Shown: piece after piece, positions 28,946 through 40,420 of the stretch
Layout: every line of letters starts with the position of its first letter
Position numbering within the stretch: the first letter of the stretch is position 1
Assembly (NCBI GenBank): GCA_963678785.1
Contig: OY787449.1
Span: forward strand, 2,783,835-2,847,834
Length of the DNA: 64,000 bases
DNA from: Bacteroidales bacterium
Lineage (GTDB): Bacteria; Bacteroidota; Bacteroidia; Bacteroidales; GCA-2711565
Direction: 5' to 3'
Position numbers and translations under genes: made by a program
Notes under the pieces: model-generated
Told to the model about the DNA's origin: nothing
What the model saw: the letters and a program-made list of their open reading frames with translations, nothing else
The model's database searches: none

Positions 28946-30298
28946 TTAGATTTTAAATATTCCCCGATAATTTTGTGGTGTAATAACCCTTAATTCTTCT
29001 TTTATCTTTTCAGAAACATCAAGTTGGTCAATAAATTCACGGATGGTTTCTTTATTCACACCTTTATTGGTTCTTGTTAAATCTTTAAGTGCTTCATAAG
29101 GATTTGGGTAATCTTCTCTTCTTAAAATGGTTTGAATGGCTTCTGCTACCACTGCCCAGTTATTCTCTAGGTCTCTATTTATTTTATCCTTGTTCAGAAT
29201 TAACTTATTTAAACCTCTCAAGGTTGATTTGATGGCAATAAGCAGATAAGAAATAGGTAGGCCTACGTTTCGTGTAACCGTAGAATCTGTTAAGTCGCGT
29301 TGTAATCGCGAAATGGGTAATTTAGCAGATAAGTGCTCACAAAATGCATTGGCAATTCCTAAATTTCCTTCTGAATTTTCAAAATCGATGGGGTTTACTT
29401 TGTGAGGCATAGCGGATGATCCCACTTCACCTTCTTTAATTTTTTGCTTGAAATAATCAAACGAAATATAAGACCAGATGTCGCGATTGAAATCAATAAG
29501 GATAGTTCCAATTCTTCTTAAGTTATCAAAATAAGCAGCCAAATTATCGTAATGTTCAATTTGGGTGGTAGTTTGAAGTCTTGTTAAACCGAGTTTGTCT
29601 TTCAAAAATTCATTGCTGAATTTGATCCAGTCAATTTCCGGATAGGCAATATGATGGGCATTAAAATTACCGGTTGCGCCTCCAAATTTTCCATTTACCG
29701 GAATGTTTTCGAATTGTTTTCTTTGTGCCTGAATTCGCTCATAGAAAACATAAATTTCTTTCCCTAAGCTGGTTGGAGAGGCCGGTTGTCCATGTGTTCG
29801 AGCAAGAATGGTGATATCTTCCCATTCGGTTGCCATTTCTAAAAGTTTTGATTCAATTTCATCAAAAGCAACCATCAAAATATCATGGTGTGCATCCTTC
29901 ATTGAACAGGGGATGGCGGTATTGTTAATGTCTTGAGATGTAAGTCCGAAATGGATAAACTCTTTAAATTCTGAAAGTCCCAATTTGTCAAATTCTTCTT
30001 TCAAATAATACTCTACGGCTTTAACATCATGGTTGGTTACTTTTTCGATGTCTTTAATTCTTTGAGCTTCAATCTCATTAAAGTTTTTAAGAATGTTTTG
30101 AAGATCGCTAAAGTGTTTAGCATCGAAGTTTTTGAGCTGAGGAAGTGGCAATTCGCACAATGCGATAAAATATTCAATTTCAACAAATACGCGATATTTG
30201 ATGAGTGCAGCCTCTGAAAAATAGTTTTCCAGTCCTAATGTAGCTTTTCTGTAACGGCCGTCAACCGGCGAAATAGCAGTTAATGATGATAATTCCAT
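28946..30298 (-). CDS. purB: adenylosuccinate lyase
   Basis: 450 aa with the fumarate-lyase signature GSSAMPHKVNP. Confidence 0.95.
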   Translation of the reverse strand: MELSSLTAISPVDGRYRKATLGLENYFSEAALIKYRVFVEIEYFIALCELPLPQLKNFDAKHFSDLQNILKNFNEIEAQRIKDIEKVTNHDVKAVEYYLKEEFDKLGLSEFKEFIHFGLTSQDINNTAIPCSMKDAHHDILMVAFDEIESKLLEMATEWEDITILARTHGQPASPTSLGKEIYVFYERIQAQRKQFENIPVNGKFGGATGNFNAHHIAYPEIDWIKFSNEFLKDKLGLTRLQTTTQIEHYDNLAAYFDNLRRIGTILIDFNRDIWSYISFDYFKQKIKEGEVGSSAMPHKVNPIDFENSEGNLGIANAFCEHLSAKLPISRLQRDLTDSTVTRNVGLPISYLLIAIKSTLRGLNKLILNKDKINRDLENNWAVVAEAIQTILRREDYPNPYEALKDLTRTNKGVNKETIREFIDQLDVSEKIKEELRVITPQNYRGIFKI

Positions 30299-30417
30299 AT
30301 TGTTATTTTTTGAATTGCAAAAATACGAAAGAAAGCATTACCAACCAATGTAAATTCTATTGCTCAATGTGAGTGAAGGATTATAAATCAATTCACATAT
30401 TTTATTAACTTCACTTT

Positions 30418-31065
30418 ATGAATGTTGAAAAGAGGGAGTTTCTGAAAAACTTATACTTTCCTGCCATGATTACACTTGTTTTATGGGTCGTAAAATTGGC
30501 TGAGATTGTTTTTAAGGTCGATCTGGGTTTTTTAGGAATTCTACCCTTACAAATAAAAGGTCTAATTGGAATTATAACAGCCCCATTAATACATTCAGGC
30601 TGGGATCATTTAATGGCTAACAGTGCTCCTCTCTTTGTTTTAGCGGCCAGCTTATTTTATTTCTATCGCCAAATTGCCTATAAAATATTTTTCCTGATTT
30701 ATTTTATTACAAACGTATGGGTGTGGTTTTTAGCCCGTGGAGAAGCTTATCATATTGGAGCCAGTGGATTGATTTATGGTTTGGCAGCTTATTTGTTTAT
30801 AAGTGGTTTGGTAAGGAAAAACCCTCGCTTGTTGGCCATTACTTTAGTCATTACCTTTTTATATGGAAGCATGATCTGGGGTGTCTTTCCAGAGTTTTTT
30901 CCTGAAAAAAATATTTCCTGGGAATCACATTTAATGGGATTGTTTGCAGGATTGGTACTGGCCATTTTTTATCGAAATGAAGGTCCCAGGGCAAAAGTTT
31001 ATCATTGGGATGACGATGATTTAGATGATGAAAATCCGTATTGGGAGATTAAAGAAAAGGAATAG
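30418..31065 (+). CDS. rhomboid family intramembrane serine protease
   Basis: 215 aa, 6 TM helices, HIGASGLIYGL (GxSG) and a downstream His (SHLMGLFAG). Confidence 0.8.
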   Translation: MNVEKREFLKNLYFPAMITLVLWVVKLAEIVFKVDLGFLGILPLQIKGLIGIITAPLIHSGWDHLMANSAPLFVLAASLFYFYRQIAYKIFFLIYFITNVWVWFLARGEAYHIGASGLIYGLAAYLFISGLVRKNPRLLAITLVITFLYGSMIWGVFPEFFPEKNISWESHLMGLFAGLVLAIFYRNEGPRAKVYHWDDDDLDDENPYWEIKEKE

Positions 31066-31078
31066 GGACGTCGTCCCT
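31064..31078. terminator. short GC-rich palindrome AGGGACG-T-CGTCCCT between convergent genes
   Basis: Read directly. It sits between the rhomboid stop and the POT transporter stop, with no clear T-run. Confidence 0.35.
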
Positions 31079-31084
31079 TCAAAT

Positions 31085-32527
31085 TTAGTTTTTCAACATG
31101 AACCGATTGTATAAAAACAGAAGTAAAGAAGTTCCGATTCCAATGCCAGCGAATATCAACCAGATGTTTCCGGGATGATATTTTGTGTAAAGCATATTGT
31201 TTAGTTCTCCCTGACTCATGCCCAAATGATTCATAGCTTCTTTAAACAACAAGGCTCCATCCATGTTTTGCATGTTTTCAATAGAAGCAAAACCTCGCTC
31301 AGCCAATTCTGTTTTTAAGATGAGGTATTTGTCAGACATGCTGTCGTATAAGCTACCCGAAAGCAATCCTCCAAAGACATTTCCTCCTGCAACAGGTAGG
31401 TAACTAACGCCCATATAAAGTGCCACTTTATCTTTGGGTGCAATTCTTCCAATATATTCCTGAATTCTTGGAGAACTTGACATCTCACCAAAAGCAAAAA
31501 TGACGACTCCAAGAACTACAAAAAGTCCGGCTGTTTGGTAGGTTATTTGACCCATCGCCAAAGAGATCACAATTAACCCAAATATCATAGATACTATGGG
31601 TTTAACTTTCATGATCAAGCTTGAGATAATTACTTGAAAAAAGATGATGGTAAAAGCTGCGACATTAACAATCATTTCGGGGCGGATGATTCCAATCCCG
31701 TCTTCAACCGTACCCATGGCACTTGCTAAAAGTGATGATGAATTGTAAATGTCTGTAGTATCAACCCATTGTGTTATGTAAATCGGTAGAGTGAAGAATA
31801 ATTGCATATAAGCAATCCAATACCCGATCATAATAATGATAAAAGTGAGGAATTTAAAATCGCTTAAGGCTGTCTTCATGTTTTTAAGAATCTGGAGCAC
31901 CGTTTGACTTATTGATTCTTTTTTTTCATCCTCGGTTCTTCCCGGTTCTTTGTAAAAATAAAGAAGCACTAAATTCACTAAAATAACACCAGCGCTCATT
32001 ACAAAAACATAGTTCCAGTTTAAATCACGTAATTTGGAAGCAACAAATGGTCCTAAAAACCCGCCAATATTTACGATCATATAAAAGATTGCAAAGCCAA
32101 TGGTGTCTGTTTTTTCTGTTGTTGTTTTTGATACCGTGGCTACAATGATGGGTTTGAAAAGTGCTGCACCAATAGCCACAATCAAAAAAGCGGCAAATAC
32201 GAGGCCGTACGAACTAAACTGACCCATAAAAAAGTAACCAGATGATAGGGTTACAAATGCAGCAAGCAAAACTTTCCTAAAACCAAATTTATCGGCAAGT
32301 GCACCACCTAAAATTGGAAATAAATAAATGATGCCTGTAACAATGGCTTGCATTAATCCTCTCTGTCCATTCGTAAATCCCAATCCGCCTTTTGAAACCG
32401 GATCGGTTAAGTAAACCGATAAAACCACAAACATTCCGTAATAAGCCCATCGCTCAAATAGTTCCATGGTGTTTGCAATCCAAAATGTTCTGGGGAACTT
32501 GCCGAGTAATCCTAATCTGTTATTCAT
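31085..32527 (-). CDS. proton-dependent oligopeptide transporter (POT/PTR2, MFS)
   Basis: 480 aa with the ELFERWAYYGM motif (ExxERFxYY-like) and multiple TM helices. Confidence 0.85.
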   Translation of the reverse strand: MNNRLGLLGKFPRTFWIANTMELFERWAYYGMFVVLSVYLTDPVSKGGLGFTNGQRGLMQAIVTGIIYLFPILGGALADKFGFRKVLLAAFVTLSSGYFFMGQFSSYGLVFAAFLIVAIGAALFKPIIVATVSKTTTEKTDTIGFAIFYMIVNIGGFLGPFVASKLRDLNWNYVFVMSAGVILVNLVLLYFYKEPGRTEDEKKESISQTVLQILKNMKTALSDFKFLTFIIIMIGYWIAYMQLFFTLPIYITQWVDTTDIYNSSSLLASAMGTVEDGIGIIRPEMIVNVAAFTIIFFQVIISSLIMKVKPIVSMIFGLIVISLAMGQITYQTAGLFVVLGVVIFAFGEMSSSPRIQEYIGRIAPKDKVALYMGVSYLPVAGGNVFGGLLSGSLYDSMSDKYLILKTELAERGFASIENMQNMDGALLFKEAMNHLGMSQGELNNMLYTKYHPGNIWLIFAGIGIGTSLLLFLYNRFMLKN

Positions 32528-32531
32528 CTAA

Positions 32532-33389
32532 TTATTTTGTAGTGAGGTAAGGAAGTAGTTTTTCGAATTTATTACTGCTTATAAATTGATTGTTAAATGC
32601 ATCTTCAATGTTTTCAAAAACTTCTTTTTTACGCCGGTTCACAATATTTTTTGTAAAATCGTAGCTAATATAGGGATGTTTTAATAATTCTTTAAAGCTG
32701 GCCGTATTTAAATTAATAAGCCTTAATTTTTGTAGGGCGCAAGCCGTGAATGAGGCCTTTATCGATTCAAATTTTGTTGAGTCAATTCCGTAAACTTCCT
32801 GAAGTTGTTGAACAGAATGATACCCACCCAAAAGATTCCGATATTTGATAATTCGTGAGGCAAATACAGGACCAATCCCCCTGATGGTTGTTAATGAAGC
32901 TGAATCAGCATTGTTTAATTCGATGGGTTTAAACGGAGCTTTTACATTCTTATAATAATGTTTTTGAAAGCTTGATTTATCTATTTTTATGTAAGGTTCA
33001 AGCTTGGTATACAAATCATCATTAATCGAGTAGATTTTTTTGAGATCATCTTTGCTTTTAAATCTTCCGCCCTTTTCGAGATAATTTAAAACAACAGCTG
33101 CCTGCCTGGGCTTTAAACCTAATTTTAACCAACCTTCCAGTTTAAGTTTGTTTGGGTCGAAATCAAATAATGAGTAAATAGTATCCTTTTCTTGTGTAGA
33201 TGTATTTGAAATGCTATCGATTTTTAAAATATAATTTGACTCAATACCTGATTGGAACCTCAAATTCTTTTTAACCTTCGGGAATATTAAATTTGAAGAC
33301 GCGACCAAAAAGATGATGATAATCAGGAAATAAATTCCCTGACGCTCTCGTTTATTGAAGAAGAAGAAATCAGCAAGCAAGTTTTTCAT
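32532..33389 (-). CDS. ComEA-like helix-hairpin-helix DNA-binding protein
   Basis: 285 aa with an N-terminal TM helix and two HhH repeats (LTTIRGIGPVFASRIIKYR; FKELLKHPYISYDFTKNIVNRR). Confidence 0.7.
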   Translation of the reverse strand: MKNLLADFFFFNKRERQGIYFLIIIIFLVASSNLIFPKVKKNLRFQSGIESNYILKIDSISNTSTQEKDTIYSLFDFDPNKLKLEGWLKLGLKPRQAAVVLNYLEKGGRFKSKDDLKKIYSINDDLYTKLEPYIKIDKSSFQKHYYKNVKAPFKPIELNNADSASLTTIRGIGPVFASRIIKYRNLLGGYHSVQQLQEVYGIDSTKFESIKASFTACALQKLRLINLNTASFKELLKHPYISYDFTKNIVNRRKKEVFENIEDAFNNQFISSNKFEKLLPYLTTK

Positions 33390-33454
33390 AAAAAAATGGA
33401 TTAATCTGCCTGATACAGATTAATCCATTTTTAATCAAAATGTCGCTTATATTT

Positions 33455-35137
33455 TTATTTATATCTTTTAATTGCTCCGCTTTTAACCCTTTTGAGATAA
33501 TCTGTTAAATCTGCTTTAACTTCAGGAGCCATGATGATTAATCCCAGGATATTTGGGATTCCCATCGATAAGATCATCATATCGGAGAAATCGGTGACAG
33601 CGCCCAGCGTAGAGGATGCACCAACAACGATAAAGCCGAGGAATATAATCCTGAAAACTGTATCTGCAATTCGTCGATTTCCAAATCTCTTTTCAAGGAT
33701 GTTTCCGAAAAGATAATCAAAGCCTTTAAGTCCGTAGTATGACCAGGAAATCATGGTTGAAAATGCAAATAAGAAAATGGCGATAACAAGCACATAAGGA
33801 AACCACGACATAACGGTACCGAATGCCTGAGAGGTTAACTGAGCACCTTCCAATCCCATAGGATTGTTATATTGACCGGTAAAAATAATTACCAGAGCTG
33901 TCATCGTACAAATGACAACGGTATCAACAAAAGGTTCGAGAAGAGATACAAATCCTTCAGAAACGGGTTCGTCGGTTTTAACAGCTGAGTGGGCAATTGC
34001 AGCAGACCCAACACCTGCTTCATTTGAAAATGCTGCTCTTTGGAATCCTACAATTAGCACACCAATGAAACCACCTTTTAAAGCAGTTGGTGAAAAAGCT
34101 CCATTAATAATCAAGCCAAATGCTTCGCCTGTCCGATCAATATTCATAATGATAATTACAAGTGCAGCACCCACATAAAGCAGTGCCATCACCGGTACAA
34201 TTTTATCAGTTACCCGCGCAATACTTTTAATTCCTCCGATAATTACAATCCCGACTAAAACGGCTAAAATGATTCCAAAATAAGCACCATAACCCGAAAG
34301 GCTTGGAGCCAACAATGCCAATTGAGCAAAGGCTTGATTGGCCTGGAACATATTTCCACCACCAAAAGAACCTCCTATTACAAGAATTGCAAAGATGAAT
34401 GATAGAACCAAACCCAATCCTTTCATATTGCGTTTTTTTAATCCTTCGCTCAAATAGTACATCGGTCCTCCCGATACAACACCATCTTTGTCTATTTTTC
34501 TATATTTAACCCCTAATGTACATTCTACAAACTTTGACGACATCCCTAAAAGTCCCGCTATGATCATCCAAAAAGTAGCACCGGGTCCACCAACGGTGAT
34601 TGCGATTGCTACCCCTGCAATATTTCCAAGACCAACGGTTGCCGATAAGGCGGTTGTCAGAGCCTGGAAATGCGTGACTTCACCTGGGTTGTCAGGGTTG
34701 TCAAACCTGCCGCGTAAAATATCGATTGAATGTTTAAATCCTCGGATATTGATGAAACGCATAAAAATGGTAAAAAAGATGGCACCAAGGATGAGCCAAA
34801 TAACGATGAACGGGATAGGAGAAGATTTGATTTCCCCATTTTCATCCAGTATCGGATTTCCTTGTTCATCTCTCACTACCGGATCATGAATCCCAATAGC
34901 TGATAATGGAGCCCAATTTAAAACGGTTCCCATTCCATTAACAATAGGGACGAATACATCATTTATTTTTTCACTCAATGTTTTTTCTGTATCTCCTACA
35001 ACAGCTACATTTGATAAATCTTTTTTAACTAATGTGCTTTGGGTTGAGTCAATTTCGGATTCGCTTTTTTGTGAAAGAAGACTTGTGGAAAAGATTAAGC
35101 TTAATCCTAATAAAATGATCAGTTTTGTATTCTTCAT
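33455..35137 (-). CDS. alanine/glycine:cation symporter (AGCS family)
   Basis: 560 aa with [17 protein letters not shown] and [15 protein letters not shown] motifs. It has an N-terminal ~100-aa extension with a signal-like segment. Confidence 0.9.
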   Translation of the reverse strand: MKNTKLIILLGLSLIFSTSLLSQKSESEIDSTQSTLVKKDLSNVAVVGDTEKTLSEKINDVFVPIVNGMGTVLNWAPLSAIGIHDPVVRDEQGNPILDENGEIKSSPIPFIVIWLILGAIFFTIFMRFINIRGFKHSIDILRGRFDNPDNPGEVTHFQALTTALSATVGLGNIAGVAIAITVGGPGATFWMIIAGLLGMSSKFVECTLGVKYRKIDKDGVVSGGPMYYLSEGLKKRNMKGLGLVLSFIFAILVIGGSFGGGNMFQANQAFAQLALLAPSLSGYGAYFGIILAVLVGIVIIGGIKSIARVTDKIVPVMALLYVGAALVIIIMNIDRTGEAFGLIINGAFSPTALKGGFIGVLIVGFQRAAFSNEAGVGSAAIAHSAVKTDEPVSEGFVSLLEPFVDTVVICTMTALVIIFTGQYNNPMGLEGAQLTSQAFGTVMSWFPYVLVIAIFLFAFSTMISWSYYGLKGFDYLFGNILEKRFGNRRIADTVFRIIFLGFIVVGASSTLGAVTDFSDMMILSMGIPNILGLIIMAPEVKADLTDYLKRVKSGAIKRYK

Positions 35138-35421
35138 GTAGGCTGCTGTTTGGTTAATGATAACTTGTTGGTATAAAAGGATTGCACGTTGGTCGATTTA
35201 ATCGATGAATATCAATGATATAGGGCTCTTTTATTCAAACAGAAGCAAATTTGGTAAAAAAAAATTGAATCCGCAAAGTATTGTTTGAGTTAATGTTGTG
35301 TTTCGATTATTTATATTCAAATAAAATAAGAAGATTTAGCTTTGGATTTATTTGTATTTTTATACTGAGCCATACTCAACAATGAATCTACTTTTGGCAA
35401 CATAAATCTTTACCAACATCG

Positions 35422-37317
35422 ATGATAAAATTGCTTACGATATCTTTTGATTTTGATTTTTACCCTCTGTTTATCATAGCCCTCATTGCATGGGCCATTC
35501 CAATGCTTATGTCGGTTCTGAGAATTACAAAAATCCCAACTGTAATTGTTGAGATCCTGGCTGGCTTTTTTATCGGTAAATATATGTTAGGAATTTTCCC
35601 ATCCGAGTCCGTTGTTTTACTTGATTATTTGGCATTAACCGGATTTGTTTTTTTAATGTTTTTGGGGGGGCTTGAAATTGATATGGATCAAATCATTGCA
35701 TCATTTCCCCGACGGAAGATTACATTTTCAAAATACATTAGAAATCCTCTCTTGGTTGGCATGGTCTATTTCTCCTCAACCATTGTAATTTCTTATTTTG
35801 CAGCTTATTTATTGTCAACTTTTGTTGAGATTAATAATGTATGGTATTTTTCTCTAATCATGGTAACAACTTCGGTTGGGATCATTTTACCTGTTTTAAA
35901 AAGTCGTGCAGAAATTCATACCGCCTTTGGTCAAATGATTATTTTGGCGGCTGCCATTGCTGATATCTTCAGCATCATTTTATTTACCATTACAGCCTTT
36001 GTAATTAAGAATGGCTTTCAACCTGAGTTGGCCTATTTGCTCCTATTGCTTGTGCTGTTTTATTTGCTTTATGCAGCAGGAAAGGGGTTTGCAAAAATCT
36101 CAGCTTTTAAAAAAATATCCTATCAATTGTCACATGCTGCTTCACAAATCCGAATCAGAGGCACCATTCTGATTATTTTGGGTTTTGTAGTACTGGCTCA
36201 GTATATCGGAAAGGAAGTCATACTTTTAGGTGCTTTTTTGGGAGGCTTATTACTTTCGATGTTCATGCATAAAGACCGTTCTTTATTATTGGTAAAACTT
36301 GACGGATTTGGATATGGATTTTTTATTCCGGTGTTTTTTATCATGGTCGGGGTTCATTTTGATTCCAGTGCTTTGGGTGATTTAGATAGCTCGTTAATCG
36401 TGTTTTTGACTATTTTATTGATCATGCTATTTGCCATAAAAATTATTCCTTCATTTTTATGGATTCGACTCTTTGGATTTAAACGAGCTATTTCCGGAGG
36501 ATTTCTAATGGCTTCCCGCTTAAGTCTTATCATTGCGGCTGCAACCATAGGTGTTGAGCTTGGAGTTATTTCACCAGCTGCAAATTCAAGTTTTATATTG
36601 ATGGCTGTACTCACCTGCATGATTTCACCAATTGCTTATAATTTGCTCAATCCAAAAAATATTCAGAAAAGTGAAAAAACAATTATTGTTGGTGGAACCA
36701 GTACCGGTGTATTATTGTCTCGCCGACTTCATCTTCATGATAAATCATCCATTATTATCGAAAGTGATAAAAACAGATATAATGACATTAAATCCAAAGG
36801 ATTATCCATTATGTTTGGTAATGGAATGGACCCTGAAGTTTATAGTAAAGTAGGATTAAGCCCATCAAATCATATCGTAGTTCTTACGGGGGATGATCAT
36901 GAAAATATTCGCATTTGCGAGATGTTGAGAAAAGAATTTCAGCATGAAAAAATTATTTCTAGATCAGGAACCAGAGCCATTGAGCAGGTATTGAAAAGCT
37001 TAGATGTGGATACTTTTGATTCAACACGAATCTTGTCAAATGCCATCGAAAACTTAATTATACGACCCACAACTTACCAAGCGCTTATTGAATCTTATGA
37101 AGAATTTCATATTGAAGAAATTGAGATTCATAATTCAAATGTTGATGGCTTGCAGGTGAAAGAAATTCCATTCCATGGGGATGGAACCATGATGATGGTA
37201 AAGAGAGGGAGCAATATGTATGTGCCTCATGGCGAAACCTATTTACGACTTGGCGATGTAGTTAATGTATTTGGTACCAATCCCGCCATTGAAGACTTTC
37301 AAGATAAACTTACTTGA
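35422..37317 (+). CDS. cation:proton antiporter (CPA2) with C-terminal RCK/TrkA domains
   Basis: 631 aa. A membrane domain of about 400 aa is followed by TIIVGGTSTGVLLSRRL (Rossmann-like) and a TrkA-C-like C-terminus. Confidence 0.8.
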   Translation: MIKLLTISFDFDFYPLFIIALIAWAIPMLMSVLRITKIPTVIVEILAGFFIGKYMLGIFPSESVVLLDYLALTGFVFLMFLGGLEIDMDQIIASFPRRKITFSKYIRNPLLVGMVYFSSTIVISYFAAYLLSTFVEINNVWYFSLIMVTTSVGIILPVLKSRAEIHTAFGQMIILAAAIADIFSIILFTITAFVIKNGFQPELAYLLLLLVLFYLLYAAGKGFAKISAFKKISYQLSHAASQIRIRGTILIILGFVVLAQYIGKEVILLGAFLGGLLLSMFMHKDRSLLLVKLDGFGYGFFIPVFFIMVGVHFDSSALGDLDSSLIVFLTILLIMLFAIKIIPSFLWIRLFGFKRAISGGFLMASRLSLIIAAATIGVELGVISPAANSSFILMAVLTCMISPIAYNLLNPKNIQKSEKTIIVGGTSTGVLLSRRLHLHDKSSIIIESDKNRYNDIKSKGLSIMFGNGMDPEVYSKVGLSPSNHIVVLTGDDHENIRICEMLRKEFQHEKIISRSGTRAIEQVLKSLDVDTFDSTRILSNAIENLIIRPTTYQALIESYEEFHIEEIEIHNSNVDGLQVKEIPFHGDGTMMMVKRGSNMYVPHGETYLRLGDVVNVFGTNPAIEDFQDKLT

Positions 37318-37319
37318 TC

Positions 37320-38348
37320 TTATTTTTCCTGCTTCTTCATTGTATTAAAAATCCCACGCATTTGATCAATTTGTTTTTCGGTGCCCAAAACAAAAAGTTT
37401 GGAATGAGGAATCATCTTGGTTTTTGGGTCTGGATTTAATATGAATTCTCCATCGGGAGTTTTAAATCCAATGATATTTGCACCTGTTTTTTGACGAACA
37501 CCAATTTCGAAAATAGTTTTGTTAATGGCATCTTTAGGTAATTCAGCACAATTAATTTCCTCTAAATTTGTGGGGTCTTCACCATGAATAGAAAGGTGCT
37601 GTAAAAATTCCATTACGTCAGGCCGGGCAACCAAAGTGGCCATATGTGCACCTCCAATTCTTTCAGGCATCACCACATTGTCAGCACCTGCCATTTTAAG
37701 TTTTTTTACTGAACTTTTACTGGAGGCACGGCTAATTATTTTAATATTTGGGTTTAATGAGCGAGCAGATAATGTAACAAAAAGATTGTCTGCATCATTG
37801 GGCAGGGTTGTAATTATTGATTGGGCAGATTCAATACCTGCCTGTAATAATACTTCATCATTGGTTGCATCTCCTTCAATCATTTTAAAACTTGGATTTG
37901 CATTTTCAATAATTAATTCATGACTCCCATCAATTACGATGAAGTCGTTTTTGTGAGCCTCCAGCTCCTTAACGGCCTGTTGGCCGTTTCTTCCAAAGCC
38001 GCATATAATTACATGATTTCTCATTTTTCTAAGTCTTGATTTGTTTTTATATCCCTTAATTAAATAGCTGAGTTGCCCTTCAAAAAACTGTGTTGTAATG
38101 ATGGATACAACATAAGTAAGAACGGCGAGGCTAAATAATATTAGGCTTGCTGTAAATATTTTTCCGGTAGCCGATAATTCATGAACCTCTCCATAACCTA
38201 CCGTCGAAATTGTAATGATGGTCATGTAGAATGATTCGAGAAGCGTAAAGCCTTCAATCGACATGAAACCAATTGTGCCGTATGATATGAGCAAAATTAG
38301 CAATAATGTAGCGTAAAATAGTTTGGTCTTATTCGCAGGAATTTCCAT
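37320..38348 (-). CDS. potassium channel protein with RCK (TrkA-N/TrkA-C) domains
   Basis: 342 aa with selectivity filter TVGYGE and HVIICGFGRNGQQAV (Rossmann). Its stop lies 2 nt from the CPA2 stop. Confidence 0.85.
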   Translation of the reverse strand: MEIPANKTKLFYATLLLILLISYGTIGFMSIEGFTLLESFYMTIITISTVGYGEVHELSATGKIFTASLILFSLAVLTYVVSIITTQFFEGQLSYLIKGYKNKSRLRKMRNHVIICGFGRNGQQAVKELEAHKNDFIVIDGSHELIIENANPSFKMIEGDATNDEVLLQAGIESAQSIITTLPNDADNLFVTLSARSLNPNIKIISRASSKSSVKKLKMAGADNVVMPERIGGAHMATLVARPDVMEFLQHLSIHGEDPTNLEEINCAELPKDAINKTIFEIGVRQKTGANIIGFKTPDGEFILNPDPKTKMIPHSKLFVLGTEKQIDQMRGIFNTMKKQEK

Positions 38349-38424
38349 TTGTAAAAATTACTTTGAACAAATATAGGAAGTTTCTTATTTATGAATGAAA
38401 ACAAATAATTTTCATCGAGAGCTA

Positions 38425-39039
38425 TTAAACATGCTCCGAATAGTGATTTGCATCAACCAATTCTCGATATTTGAAAACCACTTTTTTGTAGTCTTCCCAT
38501 GTTTCCCTCTTAAGGGCTGGATTTCTTAATAGTGCTGAAGGATGAAATACAGGCATGGTCAATTTGCCATTCCAATCAAGCCATTTACCTCTAACCTTCG
38601 TAATTCTCATGTCAGAACCCAACATGTTTTTTAAAGCAGTGGCTCCAAGCAGGATTAAAATTTGGGGATTGATTAATTCTATTTGTTTGATTAAAAATGG
38701 CATACATTGCTCAACTTCTGCAGGCAGCGGAGTCCTGTTGTTGGGTGGTCTGCATTTAAGGATATTGCTCATGAAAACATGCTCATCTCTGTTAAAACCA
38801 CAGGCCTTTAAAATTTGATTTAGCAGTACTCCTGATTTGCCAACAAAAGGCCTGCCTTGTAAATCTTCATCCCGACCGGGGGCTTCTGCTATGATCATAA
38901 TGGGTGCATGGATGTTTCCTTCACCAAATACAATCTGATTTCGGCTTTTATATAAATTACACTTCTTGCAATTTTGGACTTGTTTTTTTAATTCTGTTAA
39001 TGTCATATCTTGGAAAGCTGGATATGTAAAATTAAGCAA
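38425..39039 (-). CDS. uracil-DNA glycosylase family 4
   Basis: 204 aa with CKKCNLYKSR Fe-S Cys motif, GEGN, IAEAPGRDED and HPSALLRNP. Confidence 0.9.
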   Translation of the reverse strand: MLNFTYPAFQDMTLTELKKQVQNCKKCNLYKSRNQIVFGEGNIHAPIMIIAEAPGRDEDLQGRPFVGKSGVLLNQILKACGFNRDEHVFMSNILKCRPPNNRTPLPAEVEQCMPFLIKQIELINPQILILLGATALKNMLGSDMRITKVRGKWLDWNGKLTMPVFHPSALLRNPALKRETWEDYKKVVFKYRELVDANHYSEHV

Positions 39040-39096
39040 TTTTCAGAAGCTGAGATCCAATTAAGATGCAGAAAGTAATAGATTGCTGATTATTTA

Positions 39097-40260
39097 TTAC
39101 TCTTCTCTGCTTTGGGCCAGACTTTCCCGGTAATCCTTAGCTATTTTCAGGTATTGTTCAAGCTTTTCTCGGTGCTTGTTTAGATCAGTTATTGCCTTTT
39201 CAACAGATCTTTGTAATTGTTGTTTGAGTCGGTCAATTGAGGATGTTTCATCCATTTGGTTTAAATGTGTAAGTGAAACATTCAAAATCTTTTCAATCTC
39301 ATCTATCATTAACCTGATTTCCGAATCACTTCTAAAAGGAAGGTAATATTCATTTTTATAACCGATGTATTCATTGAGTAAATGCAAACCATCGTTATAA
39401 TTGGTTAATGCTGAGTAATAATTTTTTTCATTCTTTTTCTGATAATGATAAATGATTTTTGATTGCAAATGGATCAGATGATCATAATCTAGATAATTGG
39501 AAATTCCATTGGCAAAAATCCGATCTCTAACCGATTCGTGCTTTTCTATCCATGAACTTAATTCATATTTCTGAATGGAATCAGTGTAATTAAAAAACAC
39601 CTGTTTTCCTTTATAACTTGTGCTTTTTCGTTTAAATTGTTGTTTTGAGATGGGGAAATTTAAAAGCTGCCACATCGGGTCAAAAGGGATGTGAGATTTA
39701 ATAAACCGATCAGGATTAACATTACAATATTTGAAATTTAAATCTTCAACAAAGGTGTTGTCAGAGATGTAACCAGCACCCCAGGTTGGGTCGGATAAAA
39801 GCCAGGTAGAGTCAACCAGAGTGGTAATCCATGCATGTGGATTGCTGTTTACCTGTCCATTTTTCTTAGTGTACCCGGTTACCATATAGCATTTTAAGCC
39901 AACTTTCCAGGCAATGTTTTTATACAATAAAACATAATCATGGCAGATTCCTTTTCGCGAATCTAAAATTTCGTTAAGGTTCTTTATTTTATTCCGTTCG
40001 ATACTAAAACTGTACATATTGTTGATGTCGTATTTAATATTATTGGCGATCCAGGAATAAACGGCCTGCGATTTTTCATAATCAGAATAAAAAATTGAAT
40101 TGATGTAATTGGCAATATTTTGAGTTGAATAGGTAAGTGAGTCAGGTATAACTTGCATTATTTGATTTACATAATTCGAGGATCTGTTTTTTTTGGCCTG
40201 CAGTGTCAGATGAAATCCGACAAACAGCATGAGTATGATGTATGTTTTATATTTTTTCAT
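39097..40260 (-). CDS. transglutaminase-like domain protein, secreted
   Basis: Start moved to the ATG at 40260 (MKKYKTYIILMLFVGF signal). It has the transglutaminase-core Cys (RKGICHDYVLLY) and His (NPHAWI), and a coiled-coil C-terminus. Confidence 0.7.
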   Translation of the reverse strand: MKKYKTYIILMLFVGFHLTLQAKKNRSSNYVNQIMQVIPDSLTYSTQNIANYINSIFYSDYEKSQAVYSWIANNIKYDINNMYSFSIERNKIKNLNEILDSRKGICHDYVLLYKNIAWKVGLKCYMVTGYTKKNGQVNSNPHAWITTLVDSTWLLSDPTWGAGYISDNTFVEDLNFKYCNVNPDRFIKSHIPFDPMWQLLNFPISKQQFKRKSTSYKGKQVFFNYTDSIQKYELSSWIEKHESVRDRIFANGISNYLDYDHLIHLQSKIIYHYQKKNEKNYYSALTNYNDGLHLLNEYIGYKNEYYLPFRSDSEIRLMIDEIEKILNVSLTHLNQMDETSSIDRLKQQLQRSVEKAITDLNKHREKLEQYLKIAKDYRESLAQSREE

Positions 40261-40420
40261 TTTGAAGAATCTTTGGTTAATAAAAGTCAATTCTGGGTTG
40301 ACCTTCATCAGCTTGATTCTAGAGTTGTTATTCCGCAGGTCAATTCCCGAATCCTTTTCTAATAAGATGATTGAGACGTTTTTTTCCCTATTGGCTACGA
40401 TAAGAATTGCGATAAATTGC

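Noticed and set aside
28021-31078. Shared word GTCGTCCCTT in the two convergent-gene hairpins (28050..28059 and 31070..31079), considered as a repeat-element family
   Set aside because: A single shared 10-mer is expected by chance many times in 64 kb. Both hairpins are adequately explained as terminators or palindromes between convergent genes.
35138-35300. Possible glycine riboswitch upstream of the alanine/glycine:cation symporter
   Set aside because: I read the minus-strand leader and found none of the conserved glycine-riboswitch core sequences or paired-aptamer architecture. There was only an AT-rich leader with a short TCGAT-TTA-ATCGA palindrome.
33455-38348. AGCS symporter, CPA2-RCK antiporter and RCK K+ channel considered as a dedicated ion-homeostasis island or system
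   Set aside because: The three genes are in divergent or convergent orientations, making separate transcription units. All are common housekeeping transporters. Nothing beyond proximity links them.
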